A DNA stretch of 64,000 nucleotides from Squalus acanthias. Lineage: Eukaryota. Positions 35,509-50,660 of this stretch are shown in pieces; positions within the stretch are counted from its first letter, which is position 1; every line of letters begins with the position of its first letter. The notes beneath the pieces are model-generated. The model was not told where the DNA came from. It saw nothing but the letters and a program-made list of their open reading frames with translations, and searched no databases. The position numbers were made by a program, and so were the translations under genes. The stretch lies in NCBI GenBank assembly GCA_030390025.1, contig JASTWF010000355.1, positions 1-64,000 on the forward strand. The letters are read 5' to 3'.

Positions 35509-38500
35509 CAGCCCCACACCCCTCTGACCCAGCCCCACAGCCCACTGACCCAGCCCCACACTCCACTGACCCAGCCCCACACTCCACTGACCCAGCCCAA
35601 TACCCCTCTGACCCAGCCCCACAGCCCACTGACCAAGCCCCAAACCCCACTGACCCAACCACACACCCCAATGACCCACCCCTACACCCCACTGATACAG
35701 GCCCACACCTCACTGAGCCAGCCCCACACCCCACTTACCCAGCCCCACACTCCACTGACCCAGCCCAATACCCCTCTGACCCAGCCCCACAGCCCACTGA
35801 CCAAGCCCCAAACCCCACTGAACCAGCCAAACACCCCAATGACCCAACCCTACACCCCACTGATACAGGCCCACACCCCACTGAGCCAGCCCCACACCCC
35901 ACTTACCCAGCCCCACACTGCACTGACCCAGCCCGAAACCCCACAGACCCAGCCCCACACCCCACTGCCCCAGCCCCACACCCCAATGACCAAGCCCCAC
36001 ACCGAACTGATACAGGCCCACACCCCACTGACCCAGACCAACACCCCACAGACCCAGCACCACACCCCACTGATCCAGCAACACAACCCATTGACCCAGC
36101 CCCACACACCTCTGACATAGCCCCAAACACCACTGAACCCAGCCCACACCCCACTGTTACAGGCCCACACCCCACTGACACAGACCCACACCCCACAGAC
36201 TCAGCACCACACTCCACTGACACAGCCCCACAACCCATTGACCCAGCCCCACACCCAACTGAACCAGCCCCAGACCCCAATGACCCAGCCCCGCACAACC
36301 CACTGGCCCAGCCCCACACAACACTGACCCATTCCCACACCTAAACAGAACTGACACAGACAAACCAAACTGACCCTGCCCGACACCCCACTGAAACAAT
36401 CCCACACTCCACTGACCCAGCCCCACACACCACTGACCAAGCCCCACACCCCACTGATACAGGCCCACACCCCACTGACACAGACCCACACCCCACAGAC
36501 CCAGCACCACACCGCACTGACCCAGCACCACAACCCATTAGCCCAGCCCCACACACCTCTGACATAGCCCCAAACACCACTGACCCAGCCCACACCCCAC
36601 TGATACAGGCCCACACCCCACTGACACAGACCCACACCCCACAGACCCAGCACCACACCCCACTGACACAGCCCCACAACCCATTGATTCAGCCCCACAC
36701 CCCACTGACTCAGCCCCACACACCACTGACCAAGCCGCACACCCGAATGACACAGCCCCAAACCCCAGTGACACAGCCCCACACCCCACTGACACAGCCC
36801 CACACCACACTGACACAGCACCACACCCCACTGACACAGCCCCAGGCCCCACTGACACAGCCGCACACCCCACTGACCCAGCCCCAAACTCCACTAACCC
36901 AGCCCCACACCCAACTGACCCTGCCCGACACCACACTTACCCAATCCCACACTCCACTGACCCAGCCCCACACACCACTGACCAAGCCCCGCACCCCGCT
37001 GACCCTGCCCCACACCCCACTGACCCAGCCCCACACCCCACTGACCCAGCACGACACCAAACTGACACAGCCCCACACTCCACTGACACAGCCCCACACA
37101 CCACTGACCAAGCCCCGCACCCCGCTGACCCTGCCCCGCACCCCGCTGACCCTGCCCCACACCCCACTGACCCAGCCCCACACCCCACTGACCCAGCACG
37201 ACACCACACTGACACAGCCCCACACTCCACTGACACAGCCCCGCACAGCCCACTGACCCAGCCCCACACCCCACTGACCCAGCCCCACACCCCACTGACA
37301 CAGCAACACACAGCCCACTGACCTAGCCCCTCACCTCACTGACCCTGCACCACGCCCCATGACACAGCCCCACAGAGCCCACTGATCCAGCACCTCACCC
37401 CACTGACACAGCCCCACATCTCACTGATCAGCCCCACAACCCACTGTCCCAGCCCCACACCCCAATGACCCAGCCCCACACCCCACTCTTCCAGCCCCAC
37501 ACCACATTGACCCAGCCCCACACCCCACTGACACAGCAACACACAGCCCACTGACCTAGCCCCTCACCACACTGACCCTGCACCACGCCCCATGACACAG
37601 CCCCACAGAGCCCACTGACTCAGCACCTCACCCCACTGACACAGCCTCAAATCTCACTGATCAGCCCCACAACCCACTGTCCCAGCCCCACACCCCAATG
37701 ACCCAGCCCCACACCCCACTCTTCCAGCTCCACACCACATTGACCCAGCCGCACACCCCACTGACTCAGCCCCACACCGCACTGACACAGCCCCATACCC
37801 CACTGACCCAGCCCTACACCCCACTGACCCAGCCCAACACCCCACTGACCAAGACCCACACCCCACTGACCCAGACCCACACCCCACTGACACAGCACCA
37901 CACCACACTGACACAGCCCCACACCCCACTGACCCAGCCCCACACCCCACTGACACAGCACCACATCACACTGACCCAGCCCCACACCCCACTGACCCAG
38001 CCCCACACCCCACTGACACAGCACCACATCCCACTGACCCTGCCCCACACCCCACTGACCCAGCCTAATACAACACTCACACAGCCCCAGAACCCACTGA
38101 CTCAGCCCCACACAGCACTGAAGGAGCCCCGCACCTCACTGACCCAGACCCACACACCACTGGCCCAGCCCCACACAACACTGACCGATTCCCACACCCA
38201 CACACAACTGACCCAGACCAAACCACACTGACCCAGCACCGCACAACACTGACCCAGCCCCAAACTCCACTGACCCAGCCCCACACCCAACTGACCCTGC
38301 CCGACACCACACTTACCCAATCCCACACTCCACTGACCCAGCCCCACACATCACTGACCAAGCCCCACACCCCGCTGACCTTGCCCAACACCCTAGTGAC
38401 CCAGCCCCACACCCCCACTGACACAGCCCCGCACAGCCCACTGACCCAGCCCCAAACCACACTGACCTAGCCCCACACCCCACTGACACAGCAACACACA

Positions 38501-41500
38501 GCCCACTGACCTAGCCCCTCACCTCACTGACCCTGCACCACGCCCCACTTACACAGCCCCACAGAGACCACTGACCCAGCACCTCACCCCACTGACACAG
38601 CCCCACATCTCACTGATCAGCCCCACAACTCACTGTCCCAGCCCCACACCCCAATGATCCAGCCCCACACCCCACTGACCCAGCCCCACACCACACTGAT
38701 CCAGCACCACACCCCACTGTCCCAGCACTACACCCCACTGATCCAGCCCCACACCCCACTGACCCAGCCCCACACCACACTGCTCCAGCCCTACACCCCA
38801 CTGACCGAGCCCCACACCGCACTAACCCAGCCACACACCCCACTGACACATCCCCACACCCCACAGACCCAGCCCCACACCCCACTGATCCAGCCCCACA
38901 CCACACTGACCAAGCACTACACCCCACTGAAACACCCCACACCAGACTGACCCAGCCCCACTACCCACTGAACCAGCCCCTCACTCCACTGAACCAGCCC
39001 CACACCATACTGATCCAGTCCCACTACCCACTCACCACCCCCACAACCCACTGACCCAGTCCCACACCCCACTGACCCAGCCCCACACCCCACTGATCCA
39101 GACCCACACCCCACTGTACAAGCCCCACACCACACTGACCCAGCCCCACACCCACCTGACCCAGCCCCATACCCACCAATCACTGACCCAGCCCCACATT
39201 CCAATGCTCCAGCCCCACGCCCCACTGACCCAGCACGGCACACCCCATGAACCAGCCCCACACCCCACTGGCCCAGTCCTTAACCCCACCGACCAAGCCC
39301 CGCACCCCACTGAACCAGTTCTGAACCCCACCGACCGAGCCCCGCAACCCACTGAATCAGCTCCAAACGCAGACCCCACTGACACTGCCCCACACCCCAC
39401 TGACCCAGCCCCACATCCCACTGACCCAGCCCCACACCCCAATGTCCCAGCCCCACAGCCCATTGATTCAGCCCCACACCCCACTGACCCAGCCCCGCGC
39501 CCCACTGACCCAGCCCCACACTCCACTGACCCAGCCCCACATCCCACTGACCCAGCCCCACACCCCAATTTCCCAGCCCAACAGCCCACTGATTCAGCCC
39601 CACACCCCACTGACCCAGCCCCATATCCCACTGACCCAGCCCCACATTCCAATGTCCCAGCCCCACAGCCCACTGATTCAGCCCCACACCCCACTGACCC
39701 AGCCCCGCACCCCACTGACCCAGCCCCACACTCCACTGACCCAGCCCCACATCCCACTGACCCAGCCCCACACCCCAATGTCCCAGCCCCACAGCCCACT
39801 GATTCAGCCCCACACCCCACTGACCCAGCCCCGCACCCCACTGACCCAGCCCCACACTCCACTGTCCCAGCCCCACACCCCACTGGCGCAGCCCCACACC
39901 CCACTGACCCAGCCCCACACCCAACTTACCCAGCCCGACACCCCACTGACTCAGCCTCACAAGCAACTGACCCAGCCCCAAACACCACTGACCCAGCCCC
40001 GCACCCCACTGCCCCAGCCCCACACCCCACTGACCCAGCCCCACACCCCACTGACTCAGCCCCAATCCCCACTGACCCACCGCCATACACCACTGACCCA
40101 GCCCCGCTCACCCCACTGACACAACACCACACCCCACTTACCCAGCCCCACACCCCACTGACCCAGCCCCACACCCCACTGACCCAGCCCCACACCCCAC
40201 TGACCCAGCCCCGCACACCCCTCTGACCCAGCCCCAAACCCCACTGACCCAGCTCCGCACCTCACTGACACAGCCCCACACCACACTGAACCTGTCCCAC
40301 ACCCACACCCCACAGAACCAGCCCCGCACCCCACTGTCCCAGCCTCACATCCCACTGACCCAGCCCCACACCCCACTAACCAAGCTTCACACTCCACTGA
40401 CCCAGACCCGCACACCCCACTGACACAGCCTCGCACTCCACTGACCCAGACCCACACACCCCACTGACACAGCCTCTCATCACACTTACCCAACCCCACA
40501 CCCCAGTGACCAAGCCCCTCACTCCACTGACCCAGCTCCACACCCCACTGACGCAGCCCCGCACACCCCACTGACCCAGCCCCACACCCCACTGACCCAG
40601 TCCCACACACCACTGACCCAGCCCCACACCCCACTGACCCAGCCCTTCACCCCACTGACCCAGCCCCACACCCCACTGACCCAGCCCCGCACACCCCACT
40701 GACCCAGCCCCACACCCCACTGACCCGGTCCCACACACGACTGACCCAGCCCCACACCCCACTGACCAAGCCCCACACCCCACTGACCCAGCCCCGCACC
40801 ACACTGACCCAGCCCCACACCCCACTGACCCAGTCCCACACACGACTGACCCAGCCCCACACCACACCGACCAAGCACTACACCCCACTGAAACACCCCA
40901 CACCAGACTGACCCAGCCCCACTACCCACTGAACCAGCCCTCACTCCACTGAACCAGCCCCACACCATACTGATCCAGTCCCACTACCCACTCACCACCC
41001 CCACAACCCACTGACCCAGTCCCACACCCCACTGACCCAGCCCCACACCCCACTGATCCAGACCCACACCCCACTGTACAAGCCCCACACCCCACTGACC
41101 CAGCCCCACACCCACCTGACCCAGCCCAATACCCACCAATCACTGACCCAGCCCCACATTCCAATGCTCCAGCCCCACGCCCCACTGACCCAGCACGGCA
41201 CACCCCATGAACCAGCCCCACACCCCACTGGCCCAGTTCTTAACCCCACCGACCAAGCCCCGCACCCCACTGAACCAGTTCTGAACCCCACCGACCGAGC
41301 CCCGCAACCCACTGAACCAGCTCCACACGCAGACCCCACTGACCCTGCCCCACACCCCACTGACCCAGCCCCACATCCCACTGACCCAGCCCCACACCCC
41401 AATGTCCCAGCCCCACAGCCCACTGATTCAGCCCCACACCCCACTGACCAAGCCCCGCACCCCACTGACCCAGCCCCACACTCCACTGACCCAGCCCCAC

Positions 41501-44500
41501 ATCCCACTGACCCAGCCCCACACCCCAATTTCCCAGCCCCACAGCCCACTGATTCAGCCCCACACCCCACTGACCCAGCCCCACATCCCACTGACCCAGC
41601 CCCACATTCCAATGTCCCAGCCCCACAGCCCACTGATTCAGCCCCACACCCCACTGACCCAGCCCCGCACCCCACTGACCCAGCCCCACACTCCACTGAC
41701 TCAGCCCCACATCCCACTGACCCAGCCCCACACCCCAATGTCCCAGCCCCACAGCCCACTGATTCAGCCCCACACCCCACTGACCCAGCCCCGCACCCCA
41801 CTGACCCAGCCCCACACTCCACTGTCCCAGCCCCACACCCCACTGGCGCAGCCCCACACCCAACTTACCCAGCCCGACAACCCACTGACTCAGCCTCACA
41901 AGCAACTGACCCAGCCCCACACACCACTGACCCAGCCCCGCACCCCACTGCCCCAGCCCCACACCCCACTGACCCAGCCCCACATTCCACTGACCCAGCC
42001 CCACACCCCACTGACCCAGCGCCATACCCCACTGACCCAGCCCCGCTCACCCCACTGACACAGCACCACACCCCACTTACCCAGCCCCACACCCCACTGA
42101 CCCAGCCCCACACCCCACTGACCCAGCCCCACACCCCACTGACCCAGCCCCGCACACCCCTCTGACCCAGCCCCACACCCCACTGACCCAGTCCCACACA
42201 CCACTGACCCAGCACCACAACCCACTGACCCAGCCCCACACCCCACTGACCCAGCCCCGCACCCCACTGTCCCAGCCCCACTCCCCACTGACCCAGCCCA
42301 ACACCCCACTGACGCAGCCCCACACCCCACTGACCCAGCTCCGCACCTCACAGACACAGCCCCACACCACACTGAACCTGTCCCACACCCACACCCCACA
42401 GAACCAGCCCCGCAACTCACTGTCCCAGCCTCACATCCCACTGACCCAGCCCCACACCCCACTGACCCAGCCCCACACCCCAATGTCCCAGCCCCACAGC
42501 CCACTGATTCAGCCCCACACCCCACTGACCCAGCACCGCACCCCACTGACCCAGCCCCACACTCCACTGTCCCAGCCCCACACCCCACTGGCGCAGCCCC
42601 ACACCCCACTGACCCAGCCCCACACCCAACTTACCCAGCCCGACACCCCACTGACTCAGCCTCACAAGCAACTGACCCAGCCCCACACACCACTGACCCA
42701 GCCCCGCACCCCACTGCCCCAGCCCCACACTCCACTGACCCAGCCCCACACCCCACTGACCCAGCCCCACACCCCACTGACCCAGCGCCATACCCCACTG
42801 ACCCAGCCCCGCTCACCCCACTGACACAGCACCACACCCCACTTACCCAGCCCCACACCCCACTGACCCAGCCCCACACCCCACTGACCCAGCCCCACAC
42901 CCCACTGACCCAGCCCCGCACACCCCTCTGACCCAGCCCCACACCCCACTGACCCAGTCCCACACACCACTGACCCAGCCCCACAACCCACTGACCCAGC
43001 CCCACACCCCACTGACCCAGCCCCGCACCCCACTGTCCCAGCCCCACTCCCCACTGACCCAGCCCAACACCCCACTGACGCAGCCCCACACCCCACTGAC
43101 CCAGCTCCGCACCTCACTGACACAGCCCCACACCACACTGAACCTGTCCCACACCCACACCCCACAGAACCAGCCCCGCACCCCACTGTCCCAGCCTCAC
43201 ATCCCACTGACCCAGCCCCACACCCCACTAACCAAGCTTCACACTCCACTGACCCAGACCCGCACACCCCACTGACACAGCCTCGCACTCCACTGACCCA
43301 GACCCACACACCCCACTGACACAGCCTCTCATCACACTTACCCAACCCCACACCCCAGTGACCAAGCCCCTCACTCCACTGACCCAGCTCCACACCCCAC
43401 TGACGCAGCCCCGCACACCCCACTGACCCAGCCCTTCACCCCACTGACCCAGCCCCACACCCCACTGACCCAGCCCCGCACACCCCACTGACCCAGCCCC
43501 ACACCCCACTGACCCAGTCCCACACACGACTGACCCAGCCCCACACCCCACTGACCAAGCCCCATACCCCACTGACCCAGCCCCGCACCACACTGACCCA
43601 GCCACACACCCCACTGACCGAGCCCCACACACCACTGACCCAGCCCCGCACACCCCACTGACCAACCCCACACCCCACTGACCCAGTCCCACACACCACT
43701 TACCCAGCCCCACACCCCACTGACTCAGCCCCTCACCCCACTGACACAGCGCCACATCCCACTGACCCAGCCCCACTGCCCACCGACCCAGCACCTCACC
43801 CCACTGACCCAGCCCCACACGCCACTGTCCCAGCCCTGCACACCCCACTGACCCAGCACCAAACCCCACTGACCCTGTCCCTCACACCACTGACTCAGGC
43901 CCACACCCCAATTACCCAGCACCACACCCCACTGACCCAGCCCCGCACACCACTGTCCCAGCCCCACACCCAACTGACCCAGCCCCACACCCCACTGACG
44001 CAGCCCCACACCCCACTAACCCAGTCCCGCACCTCACTGACACAGCCCCACACCCCACTGACCCTGGCCCACACCCACACCCCACTGACCCAGCCCCACA
44101 CCCCACTGACCCAGCCTCACACCCCACTGACCCAGCCACACACCCCACTGACCCAGCGCCACAGCCCACTGACCCAGACCCGCACACCCCACTGACCCAG
44201 CCCCACACCCCACTTACCCAGCCCCACACCCCAGTGACCCAGCACCACACCCCACTGACCCAGCCTCACACACCACTGACCCAGCCCCGCACACCCCACT
44301 GACCCAGCCCCACACCCCTCTGACTCAGCCCCACACCCCACTGACCCAGCCCCACACCCCACTGACCCAGGCCCACACCCCACTGACCCAGCCCCTCACC
44401 CCACTGACCCAGCCCCACACCCCACTGACCCAGCCTCGCACACCCCACTGACCCTGCCCCACATCCCACTGACCCAGTCCCACACACCACTGACCCAGCC

Positions 44501-45510
44501 CCACACCCCACTGACCCAGCCCCACACCCCACTGAACCAGTCCCACACACCACTGACCCAGCCCCACACCCCACAGACCCAGCCCCACACCCCACTGACA
44601 CAGCCCCACACCCCACTGACCCAACCCTCACATCCCACTGACCCAGCCCCACACCCCACTGGCCCAGCCCCACACCCCACTGACCCAGCCCCACACGCCA
44701 CTGACCCAGCCCCACACCCCACTGATCCAGCCCCACACCCCACTGACCCAGCCCTACACCCCACTGACCCAGCCCCACACCCGACTGACCCAGCCCCACA
44801 CCCCACTGACACGGCCCCACACCCCACTGACCCAGCCCCACACCCCACTGACCCAGCCCCATACCCCACTGACCCAGCCCCTCACCCCACTGACCCAGCC
44901 CCACACCTCACTGACCCAGCCCTACACCCCACTGACCTAGCCTCACACACCACTGACCCAGCCCTACAATCCACTGACCCAGACCCACACCCCAACAACG
45001 AGCCCCTCACACCACTGACCCAGCCCCGCTCTCCACTGACCCAGCCCCTCACTCCACTAACCCAGCCCCACACCACACTGATCCAGTCCACTCCCCACTC
45101 GCCTAGCCCCACACCCCAGTGACCCCGCCCCACACAGCACTGACCCAGTCCCACACCCACACCCCACTGACCCAGCCCCACACCCCACAGTCACAGCCCC
45201 GCACCGCACTGACCCAGTCCCACACCCCACTGACCCAGTCCCACACCCACACCCCCTGACCCAGCCCCCACCCCACTGACCCAGGCCCACAGCGACACCC
45301 CACTGAACCATCCTGATACCGACACCCCACTGACCCATCCTGATACCGACACCGCACTGACGCTGCCCTGCGCTGACACAACAATAACCCATTCCAAATC
45401 AAACACTCTACTGATACAACCCTACGCCTATACTCCACTGACACAGCCTCATCGACACCCCACTCCCCAGCCGTACACCGACACTTCACTGACCCAGCCC
45501 CACACCCCAG
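35509..45510. repeat. 10-kb 21-bp C-rich minisatellite (CCCCACTGACCCAGCCCCACA), same family as 15070-19415
   Basis: Directly visible, with higher-order duplications at ~1960-bp and ~766-bp offsets. Confidence 0.97.
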
Positions 45511-45644
45511 GATCAGATAGAATAGACACAGAATGAGATTTTCTATATGGGGAAATCCAGAACAGGGGTGGGGGATCCTAAAATTAGAGTTAGTCTGTTC
45601 AGGAGATAAATCAGGAAGCGGTTTGTCACACAATAAGTATATAA

Positions 45645-46445
45645 GAATATTAGAAATAGTAGCAGGATTAGTCCATTCGGCACTTCGAGATTGCTCCGCC
45701 ATTCAATGAGATCGTGGCTGATCTTCTGCCTCAATTCCATTCACCGGCCCTACCATCATATCCCTTGATGCCTTTACTCGTCAGAAATCTATCAACTTCT
45801 GTTTTGAATATGCCGAATTACTGAGCCTCCACAGCCCTCTCGGGTGGAGAATTCCAAAGATTCACATCCCTCTGAGGGAAGAAATTTCTTCTCATCTCTG
45901 TCCTGAACGGCCTACCCTTTATCTTGAGGCTGTGGCCCCTGGCTCTAGACTCCCCAGCCAAGGGAAGGTCTCTCCCAGCATCCACCCTATCAAGCCCTGT
46001 AATAATTTTGATACTTCAATGAGATCCCCTCTCATTCTTCTGAATTCAAGAGAATACAGGCCTATCTCTTCTCATACGACCGTCCCGCCATCCCAGGAAT
46101 CAATCTTGTGAACCTTCGTTGCACCCCCTCTTTGGCAAGTATATCCTTCCTTAGATAAGGAGACCAAAATTGTATACAGTACTCCAGGTGTGGTCTCACC
46201 CGACATAATTGGAGTAAGACTTCTTTAATCCTGTACTCAAATGCACTTGTAATGAAGGCCAGCATACCATTTGCCTTCCTAATGGCTTGCTGCACCTGCA
46301 CATTCACTTTCAGTGACTCATGTACAAGGACACCCAGGTTCCTTTGAGCACCTGCATTCCCCAATCTTTCACCATTTTGGAAATACGCTGCCTTTCTGTT
46401 TTTTCTACCAAAGTGGATAACTTCACATTTATCCACGTTATAATC
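45645..46445 (-). mobile_element. CR1 LINE 3' portion nested in an older plus-strand LINE tail (45520-45640 and 46450-46670)
   Basis: NVDKCEVIHFGRKN...RPHLEYCIQFWSPYLRKD, with the tail at ~45650. Confidence 0.88.
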
Positions 46446-47466
46446 CATTTTATAATCCATCCAATAGTTGGTAGAAAAATTGAATTCACTCCCCAAAAAT
46501 TGTGGATTCAGTGTCTATTGATTTTTTTCATACTCTGATCGATATATTTTTATTACTTAAGGTTATCGAGCGAAATGAATCAAAGGCAGGTAGATGGGTT
46601 GAGATAGAGATCAGCATTAATCTCCTTAAATGGACAGGCTCAACGGGCTGAATGTCCTCCTCCGATGTTCCTCCATTTCATCATCTGCTGAATAATAAAT
46701 CCCAGCATTTGGTGAATGTGAAGCTTAACCGGAGTTTGTGGACAATGACTTCAGCACTGGAGGGTTTGAACGGCCCTTTTCAACGGATGTGATTGGCTGT
46801 TTTTATTTAAGGCTTAGCTCCAGCTGTTGTCACAGAATTCCAGGGGGGTAAAGATAAGATAATCGGTGCGGGAGAATCGAGGGTAAACCTTGTAAAATAT
46901 AATTACTAAAAACAACCCACCCACCCCATAGAATAATATTCTTGTTGTTCAGACGATAAACAGTGAGTCAGGTCTAAACAACGCGCTCTTTGGCGCCGTT
47001 TCGGAGTCTCCGCCTCTGCCGGGCGAGTCCCAGCAGCTTTCCCGCACCCACCTGGCGGGACAGGACAAGACTTGCCCATAAGCTTGTTGTGTTGTGTGTG
47101 AGCGGCACAGTGCAGTCCGTCTAACTGATCTGCTTTAAAACCAGCAATGCACACACATGGCTTGGCTGCCCCGGGCATTTTAATTGTGCAGTTTCAACGA
47201 TCCCTACTGCGATGCTCAGGCCTGTGACCAGTTTGTCTGCGTTAATTTTCTGGATTAATCCAGAGCTGGGGGGCAGTTTTACAGTCAGGGTGTTCGTTCC
47301 TGACATTTCCGGCTTCACTTAACCAACACGTTTTTGCAGCGTTAAGTTCAACAAAGGCAGCGTCAGTAACATCAGATCCAGAAACCTGCTCCTTATAGAG
47401 TCACCAATGAGTTAAACTGCTCGCATACTGAGGGGGCAATTTGAGATTAATTAGTACAGTCCTGGG

Positions 47467-48200
47467 CGATGATCCTGCCAGGTGTGTATGGGGTGTCACA
47501 GTGTATCAGGATCCTGCCAGGTGTGTATGGGGTTTCACAGTGTATCAGGATCCTGCCAGGTGTGTACGGGGTTTCACAGTGTATCAGGATCCTGCCAGGT
47601 GTGTATGGGGTTTCACAGTTTATCAGGATCCTGCCAGGTGTGTATGGAGTTTCACAGTATATCGGGATACTGTCAGGTGTGTATGGGGTTTCACAGTGTA
47701 TCAGGATCCTGCCAGGTGTGTATGGGGATTCACAGTGTATCAGGATCCTGCCAGGTGTGTATGGGGTTTCACAGTGTATCAGGATACTGTCAGGTGTGTA
47801 TGAGGTTTCACAGTGTACAAGGATCCTGCCAGATGTGTATGGGGTTTCACAGTGTATCAGGATCCTGCCAGGTGTTTATTGGTTCTCACAGTGTATCAGG
47901 ATCCTGCCACATGTGTATGGGGATTCACAGTATATTAGGATCCTGCCAGTTTTTTATTGGTTCTCACATAGTATCAGGATCCTGCAAGGTATGTATGTGG
48001 TTTCACAGTATATTAGGATCCTGCCAGGTTTGTATGGAGTTTCACAGTGTATCTGGTTCCTGCCAGGTGTGTATTGGGTTTCGCAGTTTATCAGGATCCT
48101 GCCAGGTGTTTATTGGTTCTCACAGTGTATCAGGATTCGGCCAGGTGTGTATATGGATTCACTGTGTATCATGATTCTACCAGGTGTGTTTGGGGTTTCG
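47467..48200. repeat. 39-bp satellite array 1 (CACAGTGTATCAGGATCCTGCCAGGTGTGTATGGGGTTT)
   Basis: Directly visible. Confidence 0.95.
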
Positions 48201-48714
48201 CATTTGCAACAGTTCTTCAGCTTCTCTCACACACTACTTGTCAAACAATCCTTATTGCTGTGGTAGAGTCTATTCTGGTTGGAAATATGGAACGAGTGAT
48301 CATTGATGAATTTAATGATCCTTCACACGGTTTTACACAATCTGTTAGAATTGCATTTATTTAATCACAGATTTGTGTTGAATATTTAAGATTGTGAGTT
48401 TTATTTTATATTCTGGTATTTTATCAATATGATATTTATCCGCATATACAATATATAGCTGGGTGTGATCCCTCTGGCCCCTAGGAGCTGTGACATTGTT
48501 CGTGTGTTCGTGGAGATGTGTCCTGGTTGGTGCATCTATTTGAATATAGTGACCATATCTCTCATGGTGTCAGCACCTGACAAAGGAGCACTGTAGGAGG
48601 TGAGCACATTTCCTGTTGTTCCACTAATATTAACACTAATGCAAAATGTAACGATTCATGTAACTTTATACAGTGAGGTGATGCACAGCATTTATGTTTG
48701 GAATCTTTCGGGGT

Positions 48715-50660
48715 CTGACTGAGCTGGACTGTGTGTTCGGTCTGAACCGTGGGCCCCGCCGTTGTCAGTTAAATTAAATTGTATTCGGCATCAAACGGTT
48801 CAGTGAGTGGAAACACCGCGCGTTATTGTAAAAAAATAAAAGCATACGGAGTGAGAAAGGATCACATTCGCACCCCTGTCTGACTGAACTTTAAATTATA
48901 CAATAGGGAGGAGACACCGCGGGTCCACAATGGGGTAAAGCCCCAGAGTTCGTGTTCCAGCTTTCTGTCCCGCAACCGCTTTAAACTGTGTCTATGGGGA
49001 GACTGGTGGAGACCAGGAGTGGGATTAACCCTGAAATCCCCGGTGTAAAATGGACTGTCCTCAGTCACAGTCTGAGCCCACACTCACAGAATAGCCGCAA
49101 CCAACGCGGAAAATAGGCTTTAGAGAGGAAGAGCAAGGGGAGAAATGGAATAAAACACAGAAATGAAGCTTAGAAGCTACATTAACCTTACCTCGATCCC
49201 GCAACGATTTTCTCTCTCTGTATTTCCGTGTAGATTTTGCGAGTTACATCCTTGTTATTTCACTGGAACCGATCATGCAGAAGTTCCTTGTCTGATTTTA
49301 GCAAGTCGCAAATTGTGAATTTGATCTGCTCCTTGTTCTGTGAGACTCAGAGCTCCGCCCTCTGTGTGAAAGCTGCTGCCCGTCCTCAGGGTGGATTTCA
49401 ACTCAAACATTCCTCATTTGCTTCAGAACAGGGAGCGGCCTTTCTGGCCAAATCAAATCCAACCGGTTTGACAATTCGCTGCCACCTCACCTGTAAACAA
49501 AGTTAGTTATAAAATTTACTTCATCTCTTGTTCCAGGGAAGTTCAGTAAAACAGAGATTGCAAAAAGTGCCGGGGCCCTACCTCCTGTTAATAATATGAG
49601 TAATTATTTTTAATATAAAGATCATTAATTGGTTTCCTCCTGTCTGTCTGAAAGGTGGTTTCAGCCTGAAACCGATTTAAGTCTGAAACATTCTTGAAGT
49701 TTGTTTCTCTCTAAAGGGATCAGTCTGTCTGATTTTTCGGCCAGTTTGACACTAACCGCCTCATTAACATGAATTTAAATCAGCAAAAGCACAAGTCCCT
49801 GCTGCATTCTCTCACCTAATTCACATGCGTTCCGCACTGAGTTAAACAGTGATTTTTCGGTTATGCAGCATTTCATTATTACAATTAATTGGGGACAACT
49901 TTATTATCTCCGAAGTTGCTCCGATCGAGTGACGGGATCGTGTTCACTCCGGCCCCAGGTAACCAGAGGCTGAATTCCCAGGTGCTCGGCACAGAGCGAT
50001 AATCGACCATTGCGAATGTTTTAACCCTTTACTGATCTGAACTGTGTGTTGGGTCTGAACTGCTTGTCCCGCCTTTAATCAGTTAAATAAAACTGTGCTG
50101 GACACCAAACGGTTCAGTGAGTAAAAGTCCGCACTGAGTTCCAAGGACCAGGTTTAAAATGTGTCTGTGTGGAGACTGTGCTGCAGTCGGAATAAAGGTT
50201 GGATTCTCCTAATTTTCAGGGTGGTTCTCAGACAGTAATAAATATCCCCACCCCGGGATGGAAGTGTCTGAAGAGAGAAACTGTTTGAGGAGACATTGTG
50301 GTGATAATTCCGAGGGGAGGATTGCGATATTTTTTTCTCTCTCTCATATCTGCTCTGTTTTTAACCAGGATTAAGGATTCACTCCGGCCGGTCGAACAGC
50401 CTGAAGAGGCAAACCCAAACATCCCATAATATTTGTCTTCCTATGAACACCCCCGCCATACATCTTACCTTTATTGCTAATTATTATCAATCGTTAATTA
50501 AGCTGAACGCTTTATATTATAACGACACATTCATACGAACAAGTCCGTCTCAGTAAATTCACTGTTAAATGAAGAGCACGGGTAATTGCGGCGTTTAAAA
50601 TGATAGAAGTACCAAAAGTGCAGATACAGAGAGGGATTTCCCTTGGTGGGAGATTCCAGA
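48715..50660. repeat. Segmental duplication block: ~1.3-kb unit, start of a second unit, and a ~490-bp block also found at 55497-55985
   Basis: Near-identical to 53029-54490 (duplicated ORFs MWAQTVTEDSPF... at 48862 and 53176). Confidence 0.92.

Noticed and set aside
35409..45400. Long Pro/His/Thr-rich or Gly/Cys/Trp-rich ORFs resembling mucins or keratin-associated proteins
   Set aside because: These are translations of a 21-bp satellite, open in several frames on both strands and frame-switching at indels.
46906..47420. Short minus-strand ORFs behind ATTGG/TATAAG motifs
   Set aside because: No recognisable protein similarity or exon structure, and the motifs are too short to be informative.
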